DNA of 64,000 nucleotides from Thecamonas trahens ATCC 50062 (lineage: Eukaryota; Protista; Apusomonadida). This document shows, piece after piece, positions 32,101 through 43,851 of the stretch. Position 1 is the first letter of the stretch, and each line of letters begins with the position of its first letter. The notes beneath the pieces were generated by a model. The model was not told where the DNA came from. It did not search any database and saw only the letters and a list, made by a program, of their open reading frames with translations. The position numbers and the translations under genes are program-made. The DNA lies in NCBI RefSeq assembly GCF_000142905.1, contig NW_013657649.1, positions 1 through 64,000 of the forward strand, in the 5' to 3' direction.

Positions 32101-33711
32101 CTCGATGCCTCGTCCGAGGCCGGCTCGGCCTACGTCGTCGTTCCCTACCAGACCGCTTCGTCGAATGTCCAGCCCAAACTTGCCGCTGTCACCCTCGCCG
32201 CCTTTGGCTCAGCACAGTTTGAGATCGAAGAGCTGGCAGCCGCCGCCGATGCCCGCCACGTCCTTGCCGGTACCCTTGTCTGTGGCAAGCCGCTTCTTCC
32301 GGCGCTGGTCGTCACCAACCTCTCTGCCGACGCCGAGCTCGCATGCACCGTCCAGGCCCTCGTCCCGTCGGCGGCGGCACGCCGGTCCACAACTGTCGTG
32401 GTCCAGGCCGCACTCCCGCCCGGACCCATGGTCATTCCGTCCGAGGACGCTAAGCTCCTTGTCGGTGCAGACTGGCCGTGTGCCGCCGCCATGAGCGCGC
32501 CCAAGTACGCCGCCATCTCGGTCATTGTCCCGCCGCTCTCCTGGCTCCAGATTCGGGTCGGCCTCGAGTCGGCGCCGCCGTCGACCCGGTCCACAACGCC
32601 ATCGTCAGTAGACCTTGTTGTTCACGCCGACATTGTCGCCGAGTCGCACGCGTACCTCGTCACCAGCCCGCGGGTACCCGAGACCTTCACAGCCGTCGTC
32701 CGCTCGGCCTGGATCCGCGGCCTGGCCCGCGGGCCGAATCGTCTCCGCAACCCAATCTTCAAAGTCTCCTGGGCCGGCGCCGTGCCAGGGTGGATTGGCC
32801 TTGTTGCCCGCCGTGAAGCCAGCCCGCACCTTGCCATGGGCCTCCAGGTCTTTGCACTCCCGCCAACCGAGCCGAGCGTCCTCCCGCCCGACAACGTCGT
32901 CTGGCGGCTCCCGCCCGAGTGGGTCGTCGCAGAGTCGCCCGAATTCCACCCGGCCGAAGTTGGTCTGCAAGTCGAGCTGGGACCCGAGACGGCCGTCACC
33001 TCGGGCAGCCTCTACATTGTCGCCACTGCCCACGCCAAGAAGCTGTACGGCGAGTTTGACCTTGAGCTCACGGCAGACGTCCCCGATGTCTCCATCGAGT
33101 GTGTTCGCGGAGAGGCCTTGCCACCGGTACTCTTTGCCGCTAACAAGCAAGCCATGCTCCATACCGTGGCCGAAGCATCATCGCCCACGTCGGTGCCAGC
33201 GAACTCGGCGCCTGAGCCTGTCGCGCCGCTCCCGCCGACGACTCCGGTCGAGACTCCGATGCCGTCGCATAAGCTCCGCACCAAGCTCTTCCGCGACGTC
33301 ACCAACTCGGTTTCATCGGCTCGCTCTCCTGCGCACAAGGCAACCGGCAAGCAAGAGATCGACTTGCCGCCAGCAGACCTGTCATCGCCTCTGCTGGCCA
33401 AGGCTGTGCTCTACACGCCTCGCACTGCTGGCGTCGTCGCCGAAAACCAGGAGCTCAAGGTCCAACTGGCACGGACCCAGGCCCAGGCCCAGAGTTCCGC
33501 GCACAAGCTCGCCGAGCTAGAAGCCAAGCTTGCTTGCCTCGAGCAGGAAAAAGCCAAGGTCGCCGCCACCGCAGCAGCTGCAGCAGCAGCAGCTCCAGTG
33601 CCCTCACCCGCTGCATCGCCCGCTCCGGCCAACCCTGAGACCGCCATGGTGGTCTACTCGCAGCCAAGCCCGGCTGCGAGTGACCGCACGCGGGCATGTA
33701 TCATCCTGTAA
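29179..33711 (+). CDS. Kinesin with ARM repeats, calpain domain-III-like modules and a C-terminal CaaX box
   Basis: Motor FAYGETGSGKT, NARSSRSH, DLAGSE, FRDKKLTHLLQPSLTG. Coiled coil, then Ala/Leu-rich ARM-like helices, two calpain-III-like units (FDDNPRF..YVVVP; LRNPIF..LYIVAT..GEFDL) and a final coiled coil. The protein ends CIIL*. Confidence 0.85.
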   Translation: MSQGKTRAKSVHAPGGKARGRHGKEKMKSVSGKSSGKKKECARIRPLVLGRIRPANKDELEAELPVTVTVASDKSIAIEKNDQAHAHGHVGAGSDQSYPARNLDSPLILNVDKAFGPATSQDEFYAALAPFADDLLDRYNCTIFAYGETGSGKTYTMEHVMRAMTRDLLGKLSNTEIYSSFSLSVTFFEIYNNTIFDLLADKPDRDEPRTKLKIMNYAVVGLQHIPVANVDDVSAALARGLNARSVAALAKNARSSRSHAFFSFEINAIIAGSGTGITSRLNLIDLAGSERTGQAQKEAFLAGMDPTAQSRYKMESVLKKRLNEANQINNSLTALGNVIRALASSRRPSFRDKKLTHLLQPSLTGRCRLGIVFCLSQCATSSALTSVSFAENVMRLPVVAVRRNAQVLAVADLKAYINQLLANNSAMLEERNKAQNAVVAARHENDRLRSQLQEQLEINQAALESQAHRKALLASKIKSIKAAMAKLSAQLAAVRGGAIPATPGAPTTPAKDEQSLAAELDALTLQLATHQSTLAKLTTDEAKARAVVDDQLAQISALASAASSDSASRASLVATSADSLADLVANLPWTLAKLTDTIALYPELANQLVTAHNGVTALFAIVTADGQAGHGTAALRTIAAVLATPSARSALEAMPNRDELLAPLAGFLASSPDPQCDAYKVAAARAVEALAGPDAPLLAAALVDLALESLVDILASAANQRVQAACAHAVAALASASRHAQDALASSNLIFPLFARLLGSADTAVVTAVLSAAGRVVSAHDALQRLALSSGFLAELTSLVRVCTGDDALNVSGALTRHSVKRTAVQALLSATLGSPDALAWVLDEGNLPRSVLLEGLASLQTTPAVCAEPDGPLPYWGSAFTALLPAVHGAPYTPAFDDNPRFVIRVFGETEVSLAVVRAGTTPSASSVSSAAASFLGLFVYALDEIDASSRNVATCVASSRFLHPTLSSVSVTLDASSEAGSAYVVVPYQTASSNVQPKLAAVTLAAFGSAQFEIEELAAAADARHVLAGTLVCGKPLLPALVVTNLSADAELACTVQALVPSAAARRSTTVVVQAALPPGPMVIPSEDAKLLVGADWPCAAAMSAPKYAAISVIVPPLSWLQIRVGLESAPPSTRSTTPSSVDLVVHADIVAESHAYLVTSPRVPETFTAVVRSAWIRGLARGPNRLRNPIFKVSWAGAVPGWIGLVARREASPHLAMGLQVFALPPTEPSVLPPDNVVWRLPPEWVVAESPEFHPAEVGLQVELGPETAVTSGSLYIVATAHAKKLYGEFDLELTADVPDVSIECVRGEALPPVLFAANKQAMLHTVAEASSPTSVPANSAPEPVAPLPPTTPVETPMPSHKLRTKLFRDVTNSVSSARSPAHKATGKQEIDLPPADLSSPLLAKAVLYTPRTAGVVAENQELKVQLARTQAQAQSSAHKLAELEAKLACLEQEKAKVAATAAAAAAAAPVPSPAASPAPANPETAMVVYSQPSPAASDRTRACIIL

Positions 33712-33755
33712 ACCTGTTTGCAAGCCAACTACACCACATATCATGTTTTGTTCAC

Positions 33756-36700
33756 TCACAAATCGTCATCGATGACGTCGACGACGTTGTCGTTGTCGTC
33801 GCCGCCGCCTCCACTGTCGCCAACCCGGTTGAGTTCGGAGAGCGAGGCGTTGTTTGCGACAAAGACTCGCTCGACAACGTTACGCTCGAGGTAGAGCCGG
33901 ACGTCGATGCCGCGTTCGAGCATGATCTGAATGAGGCGGTAGGCCTGGGCCATGTCGTTGTCGTGGACAGCGAGTTGAATGAGGACCTCATAGATGTCGC
34001 CAGTACGGACGGCGTCGTCGACGGCTGGGTCGTTGGCGGCGGCGTCGAGGATGGCGCGGCAGCCGGAGAGCAGCTCGTTGGGATCGCTCGCACTCCGGGC
34101 GTGGACAAACCGCTCGATCCACATCAGGCGCAGCTGCATGTTGTCCAGTAGCTTCTTGAGAGCGGGAGTCGATGCGTCTGCGGTAGCCTTTTCGGCGATG
34201 CGGATGCCCTCAGCCAGCGCGTTAGTTGCCTGCTCGTAGTTGCGGTACTCGTCGACCTCTAGACGGGCGCACGCGTCGTAGAACCGCGCGAGCGAGGCGT
34301 ACTGCTTGGCCTTTGTGTAAAAGGTGATGATGCCCTTGCGGATTTCGGCGTCCCCGTGCCAGTCAGCCTGCTGCAGAGCGTTGGCAGCGAGGATGTAAAC
34401 CTCGCGCTTGCGGCAAACGTTGGCAAAGAACATGATCCGTGACGTGTCGCCCGACTTGATGAGGCATTTCATGGCCGAGATCTTGTCGCCAGCGTGTGCG
34501 TACTTTTTGCACGCCAGACGGTACGAGCCCTGGCGAGCGAGGACCGAGCCGAGCTCCGAGAGCATCTTGGCCCGCTTCTCGGGCTCGACCGAGGCGTCGG
34601 GCGAGAGTGCCTCGGCCATCTCGTCTGTGATGGCGATCTTCTCGTCGACCGCCAGCTGCAACGCGCGCTCGGTCTGGCCGGCGGCAATGAGCATCGAGAC
34701 GGCCTTGTCGTACTGCGCGTGGTCGAGGAAGAACGAGGCGCACCGGTTGAGCAAGGCTGGATCGGTCGACGAGTCCAGCGATGAGGCGAGCTCGCGAAGG
34801 GCGTCAAACGACTCGGTGGAGAACGCGAGGTCCACAGCCTTGGCCGTTCGTCCGCCGCGGTGGTAGAGGAGGATGGCGCGGTCCCAGACGTTCTTGGTCT
34901 CAAAGTACGCCGCTGCCGCGAGCTTGGTAGTCTCACCGGCCTGCAGCGCCATCTGTAGCACCATGTTGTCCATGCCGGACTTCATGCCGAGCTGGATGGC
35001 GTGGTTGAACCGCTTCGAGAGGTTATAGTAGTTGAGTGCAGCCTCGACTGAGCCGGCAGCCTCGAGGTGCCGAGCGTAGAGGTAGCATGCCGCCGGGTCC
35101 TTGGTGGCGTCGCACACCTGACCGGCCTTGTCAAAGTCCTCCAGGTAGCAGAGGATCTTGATGACCGCCCGGTAGTTGCCGGCCTGCTCGTAGTACATGA
35201 GCGCTTGGTCAAAGGCCGAGTTGACCTCGGCAAACTGCGCCCACCACTGGATGAGATCTGGCTCGTTGGACGCTTTGACGTACTGTTCCAGGGCCGGCAA
35301 GTCACGCGCAAGCAGCCGCGGCACCTGCTCTGCCGCAAGCCCTGCCCGCTCGTACGCTTGCAGCGCCTGCTTGGTCTCGCCGATCGACTCGAGATACTTG
35401 CCAAACTTGAAAAACGTGTTGCGCAGGTGGATGCGGTCCGAGCTCCGTGCCAGGTCTACCGCCGCCCGCCACTGATTCGACGCCTGGTAGAGCTTGTTGA
35501 GCAGGTCCGGTCTCCCAGCCTCGAGGTACAGCGCCTCAGCAGCCTCAAGCTCGCCGAGCTGGACGGCGAGCATGGCAACCTGTGCGGCGTGCTCGGGCAA
35601 ACGGCGCGCCTCGCGGAGGGCGCGAACGCCGCGGATGTGGCCCATGTGTGCAAGGCAGATCTCGGCCACGTCGAGCCGGCGGGTCTTGACGCACATCGAC
35701 GCCATGTTCTGCCACACCGAGTCCGACTCGATGAGCTTGACGGCCTTGAACGCCTCGTCCATGTTGCCGATGGTGAGATGGTACGAAAAGTCAAGCAGCG
35801 CGCCAAAGGCTGTCGCAGACGGCGACTCCATGCCCACAAAGTCCTGCATCGGCCACAGGCCGAGCCGCTCCACCATCACCGAACCGTCGAGCGGCGGCTT
35901 GAGCGCAAAGACCAGGTACGGAACCTCGATGCCCACCAGCCGCTGGAACTCGGGCTGGAACTGGGTCCGCGACTGGACAAGGACGCCGGCAGTCGGCGTG
36001 GCAAAAAGCGTGACCACAAACGAGGGAAGCGCGTCAGGCCCGTCATCGTCGCCACTAGCGCCGGCAAGCGAGCCGCTCCGATCAAGGCTCGAACCTTTGC
36101 GCAGCGCTGATGGTGATGCGGTGCCTCCTGGTGATCCTGGCCCAGACTTGCGCTTCAGCTTGCGCGAGAGCGACTTGCCCGCGAGCCGTGACTTGGAGAG
36201 CGGCGTGCCCGAGCCGCTGTCGGTGGCTGGCCCGGCCTCGCCCGTCTTGGCGGAGATGGTGCCGGCGAGCGAGCCTCCGCGCTTGGCCACGGTCTCGACC
36301 GCCAGCAGCCGCGGTTCGGCTGTCGACCAGACCACGCCGCACGGCAGCTCGCCGGCGTTGAGCTCGACCTGTGCTACAGAGTCAGTCTCGACTTCAAAGA
36401 CCGCAACAGCCGGCTGGGCTTCGGCCGACGAGGCTCCGAGAAAGGCAACGCGGGTGCCGTCGGCGTTGACAGCCATGGCCGAGAGAGCGGCAAAGAGCTC
36501 GCCGTCGGCCTCAAACTGACGGCCCATGTTATACTGGTGGGCCTTGCGCCGCGAGAGGTTCCACAGCTTGAGGACCAGCGTCGACGAGAGGACCGCCATG
36601 TAGTGGCCACAGAGGGAGAGCCACCGCGGAAGGCCCTCGCCTTCGGAGAACGAGAGAGTCTCCTTGACAATGCCCGAGGTGTTGGCAATGAGGACGCGCG

Positions 36701-38374
36701 AGTCGCGGAGGTAGACAATGGCGTTGCGGTGGAGTGCCATGGTCCGCGACGCAATGTTGAGCTCGCGGACCAGAGAGGCGCCCTTGGCGGTGACGTGGTA
36801 GTAGTGGGCACGGGCGCCGTCCCACACTAGCAGCTCTGAGAGGCCCGGCTCGTCATCCGAGTCGATCATGTCCATGCCGAGAATGCGGATGCCGGTTTGG
36901 ACCTTGAGCGGCGGGTGCGGCACGGGGCGTCGTTGAGGGCAGCCTCGCCGGTAAAGTCGCCGGCAGCCGGACGAGCCTGGACCACCAGCCAGTTGGAACC
37001 GTACTGCAGCGCCATGCGAGTCGCTGTGTTCTTGGACGCCATCGGCGACTCGAGGAGGAGGGTGAGGCCGGAAGGCGTGGCCACCGAGAGCAGGCCACGG
37101 CTTCCGCCCGAGGCAAAGAGCGCCGCGTCCGGCGAGGTCTGATCCGGCGGCGGTGTGGTGGTGAGCGCCACGGCGCCGCCCCACGCCACGTCAACAACTT
37201 CGTCGTCGAGATAGAGCACCGACTCCAGCTCCCAGTCGTTGTCCGACTTTGACAGAGCCGGCTCGTCGCCGACAAACCGCCAAATGACAACTTTGCCGTC
37301 TTGGGTGCCGGCCGCCAGTGAGCGACGCGACGGGTTGTACGCCACGCACGCGATCTTGTCGCTCGTCACCGATGCCGCGCCGGTAGTGGCAACGGCGGCA
37401 AGTGAAAGGATGTAGTTTTCGTTCTCGGCCGTGTTCCACATGCGGACCATGGGCTCGTTGGCAACGGTGGCGAGCACGTTCGGCACCGTCCACGTCCCGA
37501 GCAGCCCGCCGGCGTTGCGGGCGGCAGTGGCAAACTTGGCCTTCATCTTGAGCTTGATGGTGCCGTCGGGCCCAAGCGCGTGCCGGGCAACAATGAGGTT
37601 GGCGGTGATGGTAACAAACTGCTGGCTCCACGGCTCAAACTCAAAGACCCGCAGCTCGGACGAGACGGTAAAGGCCTGGGTGGCCTGGCCGTACTGGTCG
37701 GCGAGAGTGATGACGCCTACGGCGGTTGCCACAAAGAACGCGTGCCCGGCAGCGGGGACCAGGACCTCGCCACCGCTTGGCGATGGAGTCGGTGTCTGGC
37801 GGAATACCACATGGGTAACAGCCTCGTGCAAGGCGTACTCTTGCTCAACAACCAGCTCATCAAGCGCTGGCTCGTGGTACCACACCGCCACATCGCCAGC
37901 CACGGTACCCGAGACCAAGCGAGCTCCATCATGCGACCAGACGAGGACCGAGAGTGGAGCATCAGGCGTTCGACCAGGATGCGGGTACGACTTTGGCGTA
38001 ACAGCCGGTCCGGAAGGAGTCAACGATGCCATACCGATAACACCCGAATCCCAACCATAGACCAGAACAGGATCAAACGGATGCCATGCAAGGACCGAGA
38101 CCACAGGCGTTGCTCCTGCTGTAGTAGCTGATGTGCTCGGCGTCGGTCCACCGTATGGCGGGTGGCTGTCACCGTCCGTCATCAAAGCCTGGGAAGATGC
38201 CAAAGATGCGTTTGGCGAGAGATTAGCAATGCGATTGCCTTCCTCGTCGTACACGTCGAGCTCGCCGTCGGTTGTCGCCACTGCAAGGAGGTGCAGACGG
38301 GCATGCCATGCTTGGGCCGCTGAACTTGCTCCGCGGTCTTGCCCGCAACCAAACTCAAAGTAGGTCGTCCTCAT
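33756..38374 (-). CDS. IFT140: Intraflagellar transport protein 140 (apparent 1-nt frameshift near 36925)
   Basis: N-terminal WD40s (LAWHP..GWDSG, LVWSHDGARLVSG, VRMWN..ENYIL). LLDFSYHLTIGNMDEAFKAVKLI..VWQNMASMCVKTRRLDVAEICL, DRIHLRNTFF and KCLIKSGDTSRIMFFANV..YILAAN are IFT140 hallmarks. Confidence 0.95.
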
Positions 38375-38764
38375 GGCGCGGGGGGGTGGGGGGGGGGGCG
38401 GGGGGGGGGGGGGGAGGAGGAGGAGGGAGAGCANNNNNNNNNNNNNNNNNNNNNNNNNNNNNNNNNNNNNNNNNNNNNNNNNNNNNNNNNNNNNNNNNNN
38501 NNNNNNNNNNNNNNNNNNNNNNNNNNNNNNNNNNNNNNNNNNNNNNNNNNNNNNNNNNNNNNNNNNNNNNNNNNNNNNNNNNNNNNNNNNNNNNNNNNNN
38601 NNNNNNNNNNNNNNNNNNNNNNNNNNNNNNNNNNNNNNNNNNNNNNNNNNNNNNNNNNNNNNNNNNNNNNNNNNNNNNNNNNNNNNNNNNNNNNNNNNNN
38701 NNNNNNNNNNNNNNNNNNNNNNNNNNNNNNNNNNNNNNNNNNNNNNNNNNNNNNNNNNCGGAGT

Positions 38765-38832
38765 TTGGGCCGCTGAACTTGCTCCGCGGTCTTGCCCGCA
38801 ACCAAACTCAAAGTAGGTCGTCCTCATGGCGG
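38765..38832. repeat. Duplicate of the IFT140 5' end across an N-gap (probable assembly overlap)
   Basis: Identical to ~38312-38378 and separated from it only by a G-run and Ns. Confidence 0.8.
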
Positions 38833-39040
38833 GGGTGGGGGGGGGGGGAGAGGGAAGAGGGGTAGTAGTGGTGGTGGTGGTTGGGGAAGGGGGAGGGGGG
38901 GAGGGTGTTCGGTCATGTTGGCGCGCGGTGGGGAAGTGGGGGGTGGGGGGTGGGTGGGTAAAAATTTGGTGGATGGGGTGGGTTGGGAGAGGGGGATTAC
39001 AGAGTTGGGGTTTGGGGTTGGTGGAAATGGACGCTTTTCT

Positions 39041-42000
39041 TCAGATGGATGCAAAGCCGCCGTGGCTGGCAGGGGCAGCGTTGCGCTTGCGGCGGCGGAA
39101 GGATATCCAGACGGTGGCGGCGATGGGAAGAGCAAGGGTGCAGATGTAGGTGAAGAGAACAGCTCCGTTGCCGACGACAAACATGATAGAGAGAGCGTTG
39201 AGTGAAGCAGGGTTGCTCGTCGATGCCATAGACTCGGCGATGCGGAGCGAGAAGAGCGAGGCGAGGAGCGAGAGGGTCTCCAGCCGGTTGGCAGCCGTCG
39301 AGGCAAACGGGTAGAGGAGGATGTTGGCCAGGAGCGCGGCGATGAGAATGAGCTGCAAGAGCGGAGCGGTGAAAACCGAGCCCTGCGGGAGGGCGGCGAT
39401 GATAAAGGCAAAAGCCAGGCGGCGGATCATGACCAGGGCCTCAAACCACCACATGTGGTGTTTGTACGGCTCGAGTACAAACTCGGCCGACGAGAGGATA
39501 AGCGATGGGGTTGGGTGGAGGCCGGCGGCCTTGGCGGCTTCGCGTTGCTTGCGCGCCCGCTGGATGAAGAGACCGATGACCAGGACGGAGAGAAGGACCG
39601 AGCCTAGGATGAGGCCACCGACGAGCTCGAGCTCGCTCTGCTCGCTCCCGCCGCACTGGATCCACGGAGCGCCAGTCAGGTACTTGGGCGCCTTGACGCT
39701 CGACTCGAACGGAGCCGGGACGCAGGCAAACATGTACGACGACTGGACTGCAATGGGGAAGACCATCAGATAGACGACCACAAGCACCATCTTGACCAGC
39801 AGCGCGGTGATGCTAAAGGTGATCTCGCGGTACGAGTCGTCGACCCGCCCCGGGCCATCCTGAACCGATCCACCCAGCAGCGGGGCCGACGCGTAGCCAG
39901 AGCTCCGTAGCGTTGCACGCAGACGAGTGTAGTTGACGTACAGCGCAATCCGCCGCACAATGTAAGCCAGTACCATGAGGGTGACGGTGAACGGGACGAT
40001 GAGCATGAAAAAGTAGTACGCAGCCCTAAAGTCGATCCCGTTGCACTGCAGGCCGGTCACCTGCAGGTTGGCTTTTTCCAGCGTGGCGCCAAAGACGACG
40101 ACGGCCCGTGACCACGCCACCGAGAAACCCGAAACAATGGCGCCGGTTGTCTGCAAGTAGATGATCAGCGACTTGAGCGCCGACTCGATGTGCTCGATGC
40201 CGTGGTGCTTGGAAAAGTAGGCTTCGAGGCCGGAGCCATGGCCGGAACCGTGTCCGGCCTCGTCACCGTGTCCGTGCCCGTGCCCGTGCCCGTGCCCGTG
40301 ACCCTGCGCCACGTCAGCGTTGTCGGTTGTTGCAAGCTCTTCGTCCGATGATGTTGCTGAGCGCCCATCGGTCGGCACTGCCTCGTGATGAAGGATAGAA
40401 CCATCGGCCGGCGAGAGGCGGATCGAAATGAGGTAGCCGGACATGAGCATAAAGCCAATGCCGAGAATGATGACCTCAAAGGTCTCTGCCAGGCCCACAA
40501 AGACAAAGGCGATGAGGACGGCAATCTCCAGCACAAGCAGCGCCATCTCGCGCCAAAGCTCGAGGAGAGTGCGAAGGATCTTGCGGAGGGTCTGACACGG
40601 GCCGAGGCCCGCAACCGAGGCAAACGATCTTGTAACTAGGACAGTGTGGAAGCCGCGCTGGAAGAAGAGCATGAGAAAGACGCCAAAGAGGAGGCAGCCC
40701 ATGAGCGAGACAGCAATGATGAGCGGCGTGGCGCCAGACGTTGTGCACTTGAGGCACTCGCCCTCGAGAGTGAGAAAGTAGCCGTCCTCACACTGCGAGC
40801 AGAGCCTGCCAGTGAAGCCTTCCTCGCAGGGAGAGCACTCCTCGTGGGCGATGCCGGTCAGGTAAGAGACGTAGCAGTTTCCCTCGGGCTTGCAAGCGCC
40901 TGCGGCCTTGGTCTCGCCGACGTCTGTCGACTCGTTGTCGTCCGAGTTATCCTCGCCGACACTGGAGTGGGAAGACCACGATCGGGCTTCGGTGCTGTTG
41001 TGGTGGCCACTCTCGCCGTGCTCGCCATGCTCGCCCTCCTCGTCCTCCTCTTCCTCCTCGCCCTCAAGCTCGGCACACTCGGTGACGGCAAAGTGATAGC
41101 GCGGCGGAACATCAAACTCGCCTCCGAAGCCAGGCGTGCGGCTGGATGTTGGTGCCGGCTCGATGGTCAGCGCTTCGGGATAGAAGCCCTCGGGCCACTT
41201 GAACGATGTGCCGCCAGGGCACTCTGCGTTGGGCGGGCAGACGTAGCAGTTGTCGGGCGGGACGCCGTAGAAGCTTGGTCGGCACTGGCAGTTGTCATAG
41301 GAAAAGTACTGCGGGGAGACCTTGAGTGTGAGCGAGGGGATGGCCGAGTTGACAAGATCGAAGCAGAGCGCCGTGTCCGAGATGATCGATGCGTTGGCAG
41401 TCTGGATGTAGACCGAGCTGGGGGCTGCGAGCGGCGTCGGCGCGCGCATGAGGTCATTGCCGGAAAGATCGAGGAGGAGCAGGTTGAGCAGCGGCCCGGC
41501 AACAACCCTGCCATCGATGGTCGAGGCTGGCAGGCCGCCAGTCAGGTTGTTGTGGGCGAGATCAAGGTAGTACGCGCTGGGGAAGTAGCGAAACGTGGTG
41601 ACAAAGTCCCCGCCGAGCTTGTTGTTCCGGAGCGTGACGGCTTTGGCAAAGAAGAGCGAAAAGTCGACCGAAGTAAAGGCGTTGTTCGAGGCGATGAGCT
41701 CGACGAGCGACCCGCACAAAGAGAGCCGCTGCATCGGGCTGTTGACTGGGCCGGAGAGCTTGTTGAAGGCAATGTCCAGGATCTCGAGGTGAGAGCTCGG
41801 CAAGTAGGGGCAAAAGCCCGGCGGGATCTCGCCTGAGAGCGAGTTGTTCTGAACCCGGAGGCTCCGCAGCTTGATCGAGAGCACTGGCGGGAGTGAGCCG
41901 GTGAGCTTGTTGTTGGACAGATCAAGATCACGCAGCGGCGATGAGCTGTTGAGGGCGGGAATCGAGCCGGTGAGTGCATTCGACCGGAGGTAGATCTCGG

Positions 42001-43005
42001 CGAGCATTGACTTTGGGCTCTGCGGCAACGCAATCGAGCCGGAAAGATAGTTGCTGTTGAATGAGAGCGCCTGGAGGCGCGGCGCGTAGGCGGCGTCGGT
42101 GATGCACGGCGGGAGTGGTCCAGAAATGCCCATCTCGGTGAGCTCGATCCGCTCGAGTGCGGCAAACACTGGCGCCAGCACGGTAGGGTCCGTCGGAAAC
42201 ACGTTCGTTTGTTCGAGTTGGTGCCGCTGAGGGCGATGGTGATCAGCGGCGGCCTCACATGAGTCTTCACCGCGTTGCTAAAGGTGACTGGATTGAGGCC
42301 CGGCCAGAAGAGGAACGACCATTCGCCGTGCTCTGGCTGGTAGTTGCCCCAGCAGGTAAAAGTGGACGCGTTGAGACACTGTGGACTCATCCAATTTGCG
42401 CCGTCGAGTGTGTGGTACAGCGCCATAACTGCGTCGTGGACCTCGGCTGCAGTCGCAGGCTTAGCAGTCGGGCACAAAGGCAGGCGATCATCGATCTCAT
42501 CGGTAGAATGGGCCGAGAGCGAGTTGGTGGGCGAGAGGGAAGAGAGCGGAGAGAGTTGAGCCGCCTCGAGGTCTGAAAGAGTGCCGTCGTAGGATGCGGC
42601 CGAGCGGGGAGTAGCCGATCGAGAGATATGCGAGTTGGAGGCGAGAGCGTGACGGGTGACCGGCGAGGGATGGTCTTGGCCATCGGAACGGTGCTGGCCA
42701 TCAGAACGGTGCTGGAGACCATGATGATGTGAGATGTGTTGGGTATGTGAATGAAGTACTTTGTTGTTGGTGAAGACTCCAACACTTGTTGCCTTTTCTT
42801 GATCCGATGCGACTGTATCCACGGGAGTGGGGCTGGCCATGGTTATGGTCATGATCATGGGCTTGGTTGCGGGCGTTGTAAGCGAGGGCGACGACGGCTC
42901 GCCACTGGCACGTGCACCATCTCCCGCACTCGCAAGGGAAGGGTGGACGAGAGCTACAACCACCGCCATGAGTAGCACACCTCGCGCCTTGTCACCAAAG
43001 CGCAT
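39041..43005 (-). CDS. LRR, Cys-rich, multi-pass membrane receptor-like protein (apparent 1-nt frameshift near 42209)
   Basis: Signal peptide MRFGDKARGVLLMAVVVALVHPSLASA. LRR N-cap ALYHTLDGANW. Plant-type LRRs (LDLSNNKLTGSLP, LRVQNNSLSGEIP). Cys-rich CQC..CYVCPPNAECPGG and CEEGFTGRLCSQCEDGYF. About 10 TM helices including KSLIIYLQT and PYKHHMWWFEALVMIRRL..YPF..NRLE. Confidence 0.88.
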
Positions 43006-43175
43006 GTTTGGTGTGGCAGTGGATGTCCTTGTCTGACTAAACAGGGTTGAGTTGAGTGGTATCGTCCTGCGTGCAAGAAGAAGGTTGGGGCGGAGGGGGG
43101 CAGGTGGGGGGGGGGGGGGGGGGGGGGGGGGCATGGTGGTGGAGTCATGATATTTTGGCAGTCAAAAAAAAATAA

Positions 43176-43508
43176 ACATGTAGCGGCAGGGTGCAGGGCA
43201 GGGGTGGGATAGAGGGGTGGGATGGCGTATTAGTTGATGTGGAAGTGGAGGGGTGTACGTGATCCGTTGCTTGCCTTGGTGTGGGTGAGGATAGGGCGTG
43301 CGAGAAGGGTGGGGGAGAGGGCACGGGGGCGTGTTGATCGAGCCACGATATCGGCAGTGAAAAAAGGTATGTGGCGGCAGGGTGTGGCGGTAGGGTGTGG
43401 GGCAGGGTGTGGGATAGAGGGGTGGGATAGAGGGGTGGGATGGCGTATTAGTTGATGTAGAAGTGAAGGGATGGTACGTGATCCGTTGCTTGCCTTGGTG
43501 TGGGTAAG
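43176..43508. repeat. Imperfect tandem duplication (~215-bp period) in a divergent promoter
   Basis: ggggtgggatagaggggtgggatggcgtattagttgatgt..gtacgtgatccgttgcttgccttggtgtgggt occurs at ~43201 and ~43420. Confidence 0.85.
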
Positions 43509-43851
43509 AGCTCTCATTGACAAAGCAACAACCGCGCTGCCCAACAAGCAGGCGACACCGGATGAAGCCACAACGGCAGCAAATCTGTTGGGATACCAGC
43601 TGTGCTGTAGTAGCTGGCCTCGCAAAAGCCCGCGAAGTTCCAGATCAACGAAACCATGCCGATATACAGTGCGGCTGAAGATGCCGGCAGTAGAACCTTG
43701 CGATGGCGGCGGTCGTGTGTTGGCAGCTCTCTCTCTCTCTGTCAGGAGAGTGCTGCTATCTTTGACGCAAACGAGGAGCTCGCGAGGGACACTCTAGCCT
43801 CTTACAAGAAAACCAATGACAGCAAAGGGTGTGCGGTGGACAGGTCGAGGT

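Noticed and set aside
38765-38832. Second IFT140 copy or alternative first exon
   Set aside because: It is an identical sequence flanking an N-gap, most simply an unmerged contig overlap.
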